This document shows positions 50,651-61,301 of a stretch of DNA of 64,000 nucleotides, in pieces (position 1 is the first letter of the stretch; each line of letters begins with the position of its first letter). A model generated the notes under the pieces. The model did no database searches. It was not told where the DNA came from and was given only the letters and a program-made list of their open reading frames with translations. Origin of the DNA: Octopus bimaculoides (Eukaryota); NCBI RefSeq assembly GCF_001194135.2, contig NC_068984.1, positions 20,074,076-20,138,075 on the forward strand, given 5' to 3'. The position numbers and the translations under genes are program-made.

Positions 50651-53622
50651 TCACGCACACAATGGGTTGCTAAACTGTTTTCTTCTATCGATTTCATTTT
50701 TAAGGACTAGGCTAACTTAAGGCTACAGCAAAAGACACTTACTCAACATGCCAGGCATTGAGATAGAACTCAAACCCCTGTGGTAACAAAGCAAACACTG
50801 TATCCACATGGCCATGTCTATTGTATCAAAAGATTTGTTATAATGCGATTGCCAATAAATACACTCTTATTCACACAATATACAAGAACACAGTAAATGG
50901 AATATTTAATGTTTTGAAGCATTTTGGTAAATTCAGATTCTTCATGTTATTTTTAACTGTGTTATGCTGCAATTATGTATATTAAACTGTTTTATCAAAC
51001 TATATTAGATTTTATAAACTTTGATTGATAATATTCACTTATTTAGACTTGTACTGGTAGGGGGCTCTGAAAGGGGTCTCAAAAAGCATCATGATAACAA
51101 AGGAGAATGGGCACCAGCCAGCCCAAAGGTTGGGGTGGGCTGGACCTGCCTGCCTCAAAAAGGAAAGTGAAAATCCTCATCCTGGGTTTGAGAAGGGACA
51201 ATGCCCAAAACCGGGCAAGATGGTGTGAGGGTGGTTGCTATGACATTGAGGTAGATCCAGCCACCCCCGTTAACAGGGACAAAACCCAGATTTAAAACAC
51301 TGAATGATGATGATGTCTGAGTTGAAATTTGAAAACAATGGAGGGATAGTCACAGTTGGAACACTTGTTACTGAATTAAAGGAAAAAAAAAGAGAGAATC
51401 ACTGAATTTGTACAAAATTGAGAAGGTCAAAGGTCACAGTTGGAGAATTTGAAAGATAATCAGAATACTTTTGTTTCAAAGAATCTGATTCCAAGAAAAA
51501 GGTTGGATAGCCATGGTTAGAACACTTTTGTTCTTACCATCATCATCATCATCGTTTAACGTCCGCTTTCCATGCTAGCATGGGTTGGACGATTTGACTG
51601 AGGACTGGTGAAACCGGATGGCAACACCAGGCTCCAGTCTAATTTGGCAGAGTTTCTACAGCTGGATGCCCTTCCTAACGCCAACCACTCAGAGTGTAGT
51701 GGGTGCTTTTATGTGTCACCCGCTTACCAATGTTTACAAATTAATAAATATATTCTTATTGTCCTGACCTTTGAAATTTTCAGCATGTGTGAAGCAGACG
51801 TTTTTTTCTTTTTTCTTTCCATTTTACATTGTAAAGGATACGAAAAAATGACAATACAAGAGACAAATTTGTTCAGTGCATCTGTCTGATACATTAGCAT
51901 ATTAATACAGCATCTCACTCACTGTTCAGGCAATTGACTGTCTCCCCATAGTTCAATCAATATTATATACATATTTTGATTTACAGGACTGATGTCTCAA
52001 AAATGGTTTTTAAAATAATTTCAATTGTAGAAAGAAATCTTGGCTAAGTGTTCAATTTTGCTCTATAGTAACAAATTTTGCTACAAGACTGTTGTTTCTA
52101 TAGGATTATGGCCATTTATTAAAACAAATATATTAATTGAAAAATTCATAATATTGCTAATCTGTTATGACAGGATTCCAACTATAATAGTTGTTGTTTC
52201 TTAAGTTGCTAAAGTGATTCATCCATGATGTAATTGCTTTAATTTCAATATGTGACCTCAGACTCATGTGAAGAACAGATATGCAACTCTGGAATATACT
52301 CACTACCATCATCGTGTTTTCTATGTCTGCTTTTCTGTGCTTTCGTGGGTTGGGCAAGACTTCTTGAGGTCATATTCTATGACCTTTTCTAAAGACCAAC
52401 CCTTAGATGTTTTCAACTAAGGTATTTTAATCCATTGGTCTTCACAGATCCCACTGAGCTGTGAGATGTTGTTTATGCAAAATAGACACAAAAACATCAC
52501 TGTTGTCAATAGTGGTTTCCATGCAGTTTCTAGTTACAAAATTCCAATCACAAGACACTGATCAGCCCACAACAAGAACATGAGAGACTTTGCTCACAGT
52601 GAAATGTACAGCATTGAACATGAAACCATGTGGTTACAAACCAAGCTTTTTAACCACATCCTTATAAACAAATAATAAAATAGATCTCACACGGGTTTCT
52701 ACAACTAAGCTGGCAAATTCCAATTCTTTGGTATTACTCATCAAGTTACAATATAACTGAGTATTATTGTCTGTGGATATAGGTAGACTCATTAGAACAT
52801 TGTGTGCAACAAAGCTGGTGTTTTTGAAATACAATCCGACCAGGGGCCTTTGCATGATTTTTGACAATCCAGTTTACATCTCAAATCTTGAGGTGATCCA
52901 AGGCTGCTGTGGAAGACATTAATTTGCCCAAGATAGCATGCAATGTAATTTGAACCCAAAACTGCATGATTTCAAAGCAAATTTAACTATATGGCCATGT
53001 TCTTTATATACATATTTATGGATTAACAAAGCTACCATTGGTTTCATGCCAAGAGAAACTTCTCAGTAATTATCAAGCCTGTCACATGGAACATTAGTAC
53101 CTGTCTCCATCTTGGATGAGACCATTTATCCACCAATTCAGTATTGAGCACTCATTCTCACTGATATGTGTGTGTGTGTGAACAAACAGCATATGACAGG
53201 TTATAGCATATAACTGTCATATTGCCCCAAGGCAAAATATATAGCTTAGGTGCAAGAGTTAAAATGAAACCAACAAACATTTTGACTAGTTATGTGCCAT
53301 AACTAGTAATATACTGCTTGACAATATATATGAGGGGAACTGAAAAGTTCCTGGCTTTAAGGGTATTGCAAAAGGCCTGGTTGGAGGCCCAACCTTCTAA
53401 GTTCTTTTACAGCCCTTAGAAAAACTGAAGAGATGCTGTATCAAGTACATGAATTTGAAAGGGGAATATGTTGAATAAAATAAATTAACTGATCCTCCTG
53501 TATTTTCTTTTACTCAAATGAACTTTTCAGCACCTCTTCGTACAAGGTGTTTGGCTAAAGTTGATAATTTTTTTTTTTTTCAGGAACAGCTTGATGCATT
53601 GGTGAACAGTCAGCGGTGTTAG
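35922..53622 (+). CDS. hypothetical 7-exon gene, about 130 aa, unknown product
   Basis: Hand-built model: 35922-36010, 36320-36355, 38601-38634, 40834-40875, 41639-41751, 47967-48006, 53584-53622. Total 393 nt, all GT-AG, phases compatible, single terminal stop. The last three exons are the best supported. Lies in a CpG-depleted region. No family recognised. Confidence 0.4.
37604..37682. repeat. (AT)n microsatellite; complex AT/AC tract also at 38650-38990
   Basis: Directly visible. Confidence 0.95.
41639..41751 (+). CDS. best-supported exon of the hypothetical gene, [37 protein letters not shown]
   Basis: Acceptor cattttaattttag, donor gtaagt; 113 nt open in phase 0 within AT-rich DNA. Confidence 0.55.
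44388..44650 (-). mobile_element. SINE with RTE-like 3' tail ending (GAT)n
   Basis: Tail ...catgctagcatggaaagcggacgttaaacgatgatgatg. Copies at about 39350-39503(+), 42362-42558(-), 51538-51722(-), 55127-55580(-), 61690-61998(+), 63463-63820(-). Confidence 0.8.
47967..48006 (+). CDS. exon of the hypothetical gene, (F)[13 protein letters not shown]
   Basis: Acceptor tttctcttccaaacag (tandem cagcag), donor gtaaca; phase 2 start matches the upstream exon. Confidence 0.5.
48734..49011. mobile_element. hAT (Buster/Charlie-type) MITE, 278 bp, inserted in a SINE
   Basis: TIR CAGGGGTTCCCAACC / GGTTGGGAACCCCTG; perfect 8-bp TSD gtaTAgat (48726-33, 49012-19). Confidence 0.9.
49540..50142 (-). mobile_element. 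Tc1-like transposase remnant with one TIR
   Basis: [41 protein letters not shown]; TIR-like end tacagggtgcgatgggtaaattgtcgcc. Confidence 0.8.
51060..51315 (+). mobile_element. RTE LINE 3' end remnant
   Basis: [14 protein letters not shown] (AQDR..WR-like), followed by a tail ending gaatgatgatgatg. Confidence 0.65.
53331..53540. mobile_element. Tc1/mariner-type MITE with TA flanks (family of 1411-1612)
   Basis: ta|tgaggggaactgaaaagttc ... gaacttttcagcacctcttcg|ta. Confidence 0.75.
53584..53622 (+). CDS. terminal coding exon of the hypothetical gene, [12 protein letters not shown]
   Basis: Long poly-T tract plus cag acceptor; phase 0; ends in TAG. Confidence 0.45.
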   Translation, partial: EQLDALVNSQRC

Positions 53623-53865
53623 TGAGCATAAAGATTAAAGTTGTAGTTGAGAAAAAGTTAGCTGGCATGGAGGACCAGAAGCTATCTGAATGTTGGAAAA
53701 GAATTACATGTATCAGGATGTTGCACACCAAGAATCAAAATGCTGGCATCAATACTTCTGTTCAATGCTCTATGAATACTGTATGATGTGACATGGATAG
53801 CTGCAACAGAGACTATGAAGCCACAATCAACAGGTGTTCTGACTGTGTCTGCCTACCAGAATTCA

Positions 53866-54195
53866 TCCAACAGCTAATTCAGACACCTATGTGAAGCTGT
53901 TTGAGACTGTGGTAAAACCCTGGATGGAGAGGGTTGCAGCTGTAAGGCCATATGTGTGCTAACTGAAATCAGCCCCTTGCCATACTTCCAAAAAGTCAGA
54001 TATGATTGACAGATTATTTCTCTAATTGTAATCCCATGAATTACAAAGTATGGGGCATGGTTGAGAAAGACACCAACCAATCTGCCTGCAACACCAAGGC
54101 AAAGCTGGTGGCCAAGATCAAGGAAGTCTTTAAAGATCTTCCTAGGGACAAAGTGAGGAATGCACAAACCAGGTTCCAGAAGCCAAGAGTCACCA
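53866..54195 (+). mobile_element. Tc1-like transposase C-terminal remnant
   Basis: TYVKLFETVVKPWMERVAAVRPYV...SAPCHTS...NCNPMNYKVWGMVEKDTN...LVAKIKEVF. Confidence 0.8.
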
Positions 54196-54556
54196 CTGTT
54201 ATCTCAGCCATAATCTATTTTACATTTTTTTATTTCTTAAAAATACTTTTTATTTTTGGATGGGATTTTTTATTTTTTTATTTATGGACAACTAACTGGG
54301 AATTTTATATATATATAAAATATAGATATTCAATGATCTCAGGCTTTGATCAAGACCTGTTGTTTCCTGAAACCATGCAACTTAGTCATGTAAACCAAGA
54401 TTTTCACTGAAACTTGCCATAATTTTTCCAGATTGATATGGAAACAAAATCAGGAGACAATGGAAGAAAGAGATAGATAAAAGAAGATCCGAGAGATATA
54501 AATTAAATAAGTTTTAAAATGACAAATGGAAAAGGAAATTCAAATATTTTAATAAG

Positions 54557-54562
54557 TTTATT
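54557..54562 (-). terminator. probable SCFD1 polyadenylation signal (AATAAA)
   Basis: tttatt on plus strand, about 250 nt downstream of the SCFD1 stop codon. Confidence 0.55.
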
Positions 54563-54814
54563 TGGAGAAATGGGGTAACAGCCCATGATGACCAATAATC
54601 GAAGGTGCTTGGCCCTGAAGTGAGACCGGCTTAAAATGAAAGCAGGTATATATATATAGATATATATATATATATGTTTTAAAAGGATTTTGTTTGTTTC
54701 TTCAAGTGATGATTTACAAAGTATTCAGAGAGCTCGAACTGAACCTGACGCTGATAGAGTATCAAAAATAACCAATCTTGAGAAATATGGTTTTTCTTAA
54801 CAGCCCCAGTAATT

Positions 54815-54841
54815 TCATATTTCGTTTCCCAAAGCTGTCAG
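54815..54841 (-). CDS. SCFD1: SCFD1 terminal coding exon, LTALGNEI*
   Basis: Acceptor tttctttctgtttttcag, then CTG ACA GCT TTG GGA AAC GAA ATA TGA. Confidence 0.9.
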   Translation of the reverse strand: MTALGNEI

Positions 54842-57800
54842 CTGAAAAACAGAAAGAAAAAAAAAAATTAACATTTTCATGATCATAATTTCTAAAATAA
54901 TAGAGAATTTTATTTAATGAAATTGTAAATTTATTTTCATTTATAGATGGATATATTCAAACATAACAGAAGATAGGTTCCTATAAACAATAAGGGTTTG
55001 ATACAAGGTTTGAATTTTATTCTAGGTGGCACAAAGCCTGAAATTTTTGGTGGGATAGGGCTAATCAACTACATCAACCCTGGTACTTATTTTATCAACC
55101 CCAAAAGGAATGAAAGGCATAGTTCATCATCATCATTTAACATCCGCTTTCCATGCTAGCATGGGTTGGACAATTTGACTGAGGACTGGCAAGCCAGAAG
55201 GCTGCATCAGGCTCCAATCTGATTTGGCAGAGTTTCTACAGCTGGATGCCCTTCCTAACGCCAACCACTCCGAGAGTGTAGTGGGTGCTTTTACTTGCCA
55301 CCAGCACGGGGGCCAGTCACACGGTACTGGCAACGGCCATGCTCAAAAAGGTGTTTTTTTTACGTGCCACCTGCATGGGAGCCAGTCCAGCGGCACTGGC
55401 AACGACCTCACTCAAATGATTTTCTAACGTGCCACCAGCACAAGTGCTAGAAGACAACGCTGGTAACGATTACGCTCAAATGGTGCTATTTATGGGCCAC
55501 TAGCACGGAAGCCAGACAGCTGCTCTGGCAATGAACATGCTCGGACAGTGCTATTAGTGTTCCACTGGCGCAGGTGCCAGTCATCTATTATGGTTGACCT
55601 TGCAAAATTTGAACTCAGAACAAAAGTTGAGGAAATTTCACAAAGCATTTTGTCCAGCATGCTAACACTTTTGTCAGTTCACTACCTTATATTAATTTGA
55701 ATGTCAGCAATTTAAAATGAGGTTTTGCATCATAAAATGAAGAGTAGTTCACAGTGATTTCATATTAAAAGAATTAACATTTGATACAGACCAGCCAGAG
55801 ATCATCCCTAACTCTATGATAAAAACTTTCTGATACAAAGTGATTTAAATTAAAATATTCCATCAAAATTTTGTGTTTATATTTGCAACACCAACTTAAT
55901 GACAAATTTATTTAAATTATTTCTAATTTTAAAAATTAATTGAAACAGAAGTAGCATAATTAACATCACTTGTTTAACGATGATGTTCATTATCATCACA
56001 ATGTCAAGACAAATATATGATAGAAACTGAAAAAAAAAAAGGACTGTCTACCAAATTCACTCACAAAGCTTTGAATGGCCCAGAGTTATAGTAGACACTT
56101 GCCCAAGGTGCCACACAGTGGGACTGAACCCAAAACCATGTGGATGAGAACTTATTTCACAAGGAGTGCCCTAATATGAATACTAAACTACCAACCTTCA
56201 GGAATACCACTTTTATGAAACTTAAAACTATAAATAAAAAGTAAATGCTAAGGTCTCCATTTTTTTTTTCTTACAACTGTCTAAGTTTACATCTAACATG
56301 TATTTTTAATTGTATTGGATACAAATTATTTTCTTGACTTTTTTTTTCTTCTTTTATACATATTTCAACCACCAATATCATAAACAGCCAAAACAGAATA
56401 TAATCTAATTTTCAATTTTGTGAAACTCAATTTTCTTTCCTTTTTATTTTCAGATTTTGAGTTTTGATTTTCTTTTTCATAACAAATGCATTTACATCTG
56501 TTAATGTTGCGGAGGCTTTAGAGAAAGAGAAAAAGATTTGTATAAATTGAGTTACTGTTTTCTTTCACACCAAACACTCAACCATGTGGTGGATGTAGCA
56601 CCTAGTTTTCTGTCTGGCTCTAAGTAAATAGAAACATGTCTACTAAGCCAATCCCTTAGAAATGCAACACAGATTAACACCTAACAAGGAAACTGAGGCA
56701 GTTCAGCTTCAAGGTTGTTGAACTGGAGCAAGGGTGAGAAGCAAGGGAAAAATGATGGCTGGAAGGGGGATTTGAAATTATACTAGCTTCATCTGAATGA
56801 CAACCAATCCTTGTACATGGAGACAGCAAATGATGGAGCCTCTACCTGGTCATTCAACTTGTTAGAAATAGTAGTGAAGTCTCTTTTGAATCACATTCTA
56901 CCATTTATGAAAAAGGACACATAGATAGTGTAGCCTAGAATCACTATGCTTGAAAGAAAGAAAAGTGGTTGGGGTAATAGTTGCAACATCTTTGACCATA
57001 TGTCTGTCTGATCACAGTTGATCTCAGGCTAAACAACAACACGAATGTATGCCTGAAGATTGCAGTGGCATGAAACTTGAGTTGTGTGTGTGAATGTGCG
57101 AATGCAAGTGTGTCTCTTTGTGTTGACATTACATTATAGTTATGAATGTTCACTGCTACACAAGTGGTACTGTTTGTTTCAAATTTTCCATGAAAGCATG
57201 TCTGGTTATGGGAAAATGTTATCTTATATGGAAACAAGTGAGAATTGGCGATAGGAAAGGCATCAAACTCTAGAAAAATTTGCTGCAACAAATTCCGTGG
57301 ATGTGAAGAGGATGAAAAAAAGTATTGGCTATTACTTACCTGTTTTAGCATCTGGGAAGCACTAACTATGTCACTGCAACCATACACTATTCGTTTAGGG
57401 ATTGAACTGGATTTTGACTGCAAAAGAATGTTTAGAATTAAAAATTGAGTGAAACAGAAATGAATGAAGATGAACAAAGAGAATATTTGATTGCATGTTT
57501 GAAAGAGCAGTGGGAGAGAAAGTGAGAAGTAGACAAGATACTGTGTGTGAGACATGAGAGAGTAAGAATGACTATTTGTGTTTGATTGACTGCGTATGTA
57601 TGTGAAAGAGGTGAAGGTGGTTGTGTGAGTGTGAAGACTGGCTGAATGATAGTAAGTGTATGTAAGTGCATGTAACTTAGCACTTAAATGATTAAAGAAG
57701 AAACTTAAGGAAAGTTATTTAGCAAATTGTAATAAATGGTGACATTAAATAATATTAATAATTTCTTTTTGCTTGGCAAGTAGAGTTGAGTGTATTGTAT

Positions 57801-60800
57801 GAAGGGAACACTTCCCTATGACTACAACAGAATCAAAAAAACTATGATCCAACAGAAAAGTGTGAATCCTATCCACCCACTTAGTCATCATACTACACCA
57901 ATACTAATGACACATCAGAGATATACAAAATGGTGAAGGCTAGAATGCCCTTGATCAGAGGTCTACTCAGCCAGGGCTGTCCTGGAGCTAAACAGCAACA
58001 ACACTAACGCACCTGTGTTATCATGGACAAATCAAATCTTTAGGTTTCCCCCTTCAAACTGAAATAAACTATGAAACCCTTTGATTTGTTGTTTTAAAAA
58101 TGACCCCCATCCGAAAGAACACACGTGGAGAGCTTATAATCTGGAAGATCAACTTAAAACACAAATTTTGTTATCCGTTTTCACATTACACCCTTCGTCT
58201 CCATGCCCTTCATAACCATTTCTTTTAAATCACTCTTGGCTAGAAATCTTTTACTTCCATCACTAATGAATCATAAACAATTAGATTCTTATGTAGTACC
58301 ATAAAATGTAGGGTGACGAGCTGGCTGAACTATTAGCATATTGCATGAAATGCTTAGTAGCATTTCTTCCAACTCTTTATGTTCTGAGTTCAAATCCTGC
58401 CAAGCTTACCTTACATCCCTTTGGGATTGGTAACAAAAGGTACTAGTCAAGTACTATGGGAGGAGATCGATACAAGTGATTTTCCCCCTCCCCTCAAAAT
58501 TGCAGCCCTTGAACCCTGACATCCCATTCAGAGAGAATATTGTGATTTTGTCATTTATACATAACAGGAACTGGGTAACCAGCCTTGTAAGACCTAGGGG
58601 TCAAGGAAAAAGGGAAAAATGTAAGATACTCAGACTACACATAAGTTTAGACAGAGTTAATCTTTAACCGTTTTGTTACAGTATTCATTTTGAGATGCTC
58701 TGTGTTTCTTTCAATTAATTTTAAACAAAGAATTTAGTAAAGCTAATGCTAGGAACATAAATTGTGACTAAGGTTTAGTGGAAGATTTTAATTCAAAACT
58801 TATGAAAACAAGACATTTGTACTACAGAGCCAGAGCTGGTTTGGTATCGAAAGTGTTAATTCAGTTACATTCTAATTCAATCATTATATTTACTTAAGAT
58901 AAAATTTATAACAAAGATGATGAATAAACATTAAAAAGGAAAATAAACAGACAAAAATGAAACTCAAATAATGAAACAGATTCTAGACGAAAGAAAAACA
59001 TTTGAGTAATACTTAAATACAGAATAATAATTAGTTCTAGAGAGAAAAATAAAAGCTATATTATAATGTCAAGTCAGAGAAATATAACTAATTTCTTTAT
59101 GTTTTCAAACTGAACAATACACAGTTGGTAGAGATAAAAACTGGAAAAAAACCACACATTACAAAACAGTATAAATTCAAACTACAGTTTAACTACTGTT
59201 AAAAACAAAAAGAAATATATTAAATATACACAACCCAAAAAGAAGTCCACTGCTATAAGGATGAAACGAGTAAAAGAAAGAATACAAGACTATGTATTCA
59301 TAAAACTTAAATGTGATAAAGTGAAAATAAAGAAAATAATTAAATCCTTTTGAAAAGTTAATATAAACACTAGCTCTAGCTGATAGCTGCAGGCATGGCT
59401 GTGTGTTGGAGAAGATGACTTCTCAACTACGTGACTTCAATAAAAGATACTACACAGTAGGACTGAAACCAAAGACCCAGACTGACCAATAACCACGTGA
59501 GGGAATTTGGTAGATGAAAACTGAAAAAAGCCTATTGTGTGTATATGTACCTTAAGTGTTTATTCTGGCAACTTGTCACTGCCATTTCTGTCTTCTTCCC
59601 ATCTATTCGGACTTACTCTTATATAACTTGGAGTAGCCATGTATCTCTTCTAAGCAAAAGACCTGTGCTTGTCCCTCTATCATACTTTAGCCTTTCAGTA
59701 ACTGGTATAAAGCCACCTCTCCATCTTTCAAATACATTACTCACCCACCCTACTCAGTTGAGGGGGGATTTTTCCTTTCCTTTGTAAGTTACTTGGCAAC
59801 TTCATTAATGCCAGTGATACAAAAACAAGCACCCAGTATACACTGTAAAGTGGTTGACATTAGGAAAGGCATCCAGCCATAGAAACCATACAAAAGCTGA
59901 TATTGGAGACCAATACAGTCATGTGACTCATCAGTTCTGGTCAGACCATTCAACCCATGCAAGCAAGGAAAACAGACAATAAATAACCAGTATATATATA
60001 TATATATAGTCCACAGATGAGATCCAGATATTCTCCATATAGAATACACTTAGTGATCAAAAGATTCAAACTTAAACTCCAATGTCTTTACAGGAGATAT
60101 TCCACAAGGTAAAGAAAGGCATAAGAGGAATCAGGTTGAGCAGGTACAGAAGCAAATGTGGGGATATGCAAATTAGACACATCTCACCTGTGCTTGTGCC
60201 ACATAAAAAGCACTAAGTCCACTCTTCTGAGTTGTTGGTGTTAAGAAGGGCATCCAGCTGTAAAAATCCTGCCATAACAGACACAGAAGTCTAGCACAGG
60301 CTATGACCTGGCTGGCTCTTGTAGTACCATCACAGCCATGCTAGCATGGAACATGGATGTGAAATGATGATGTTGACGTATAGATATAAAAAGGATCATC
60401 TTACACAGAGTACAAATGACAGAGAAAATTAATGGGATAGGAGAAAAGTATTACAAGTCCAACACCTGTTTCTGGAGGCTTGGTAATCCATAGTAATGTT
60501 CGTAGATTTAGTCCATCAGAAAACGTGGCTGTATGGATGCATTTAACATAGGATGAAATGAGCCTCCATCTTCAGGGAAGAGATCTTACATTTCAAGTTC
60601 AAAGATGGACTGATTAAATGTGAAGATTGTTTATCCCCATATTCGTGTGTGTATGTGTGTCCCCATGGTATGTATATCTCTGTGAATGTTTATAAAACTA
60701 CACTGAGCTATGGCAACAGGCAGTGACATCAACATTTGTGGCTGGGCTGCAACCAGTGATGTTTGATAACATTTCCTGTCCAAAAATCATCCACTGGCTC

Positions 60801-61204
60801 TGCACTTTCAAATTCCTCTGAGGTAAAAAAAAATCCTTCACTTGAAAAACAAGTTAGGTGTTAGTGACAGGAATTGAATCCAACCATACGAATCATGCTT
60901 CAATTTTTTGTTGTCTAATGTCTGTTTATCCATGTCCAAATTTTGCCACCATGAAAAAAACAACTGTCATTAAATGGAACAGAATAAAAGAACAAAGTTT
61001 GAAAGTTGTTTTTTTTTAAGTAACAATAGATATCCACTTACTTTGACATAGTCCTGCAGATTTTGGTACTCTATGTAATTTCCTCCACCAACAATGAAAA
61101 CATAGGCCTGAGAACAAGAACAAAGATATTACAGAAAACAGAATATAAAAAGTGGAGTATATTCAGTGAAAAATGATAGACAATTTGATAATTTCAATGG
61201 CTGA

Positions 61205-61246
<42 letters not shown>

Positions 61247-61301
61247 GAGAGAGAAGTGTTTTACCTCTTGGAATGGAGATTTATTTCTGGCAACAGCAGA
61301 A
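54815..61301 (-). CDS. SCFD1: SCFD1/Sly1 (Sec1/Munc18 family), 3' part of gene; upstream exons lie beyond 64000
   Basis: Four phase-compatible GT-AG exons splice to ...[68 protein letters not shown]. This matches the recalled Sly1 C-terminus ([21 protein letters not shown]...YGCSE...KQLSQLG). Confidence 0.95.
57340..57417 (-). CDS. SCFD1: SCFD1 exon, [26 protein letters not shown]
   Basis: 78 nt; acceptor attcttttgcag, donor gtaagt; phase 0 to 0. Confidence 0.95.
61042..61107 (-). CDS. SCFD1: SCFD1 exon, [22 protein letters not shown]
   Basis: 66 nt; acceptor ttcttgttctcag, donor gtaagt; carries the hallmark [12 protein letters not shown] motif. Confidence 0.97.
61265..61301 (-). CDS. SCFD1: SCFD1 exon, (x)[12 protein letters not shown]
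   Basis: 37 nt; acceptor ttcttaatattgcag, donor gtaaaa; phase 2 to phase 0. Confidence 0.9.

Noticed and set aside
56454-56622. Plus-strand exon-like block (strong tttcag acceptor, gtaaat donor), open apart from one TAA (...IYIC*CCGGFREREKDLYKLSY...), tempting as an A-to-I stop-recoding case
   Set aside because: It is antisense within an SCFD1 intron, has no partner exons or homology, and AT-rich DNA yields such frames by chance.
56944-57555. 203-aa ORF on the minus strand
   Set aside because: Only 57340-57417 is the real SCFD1 exon; the rest is intron and SINE read-through.
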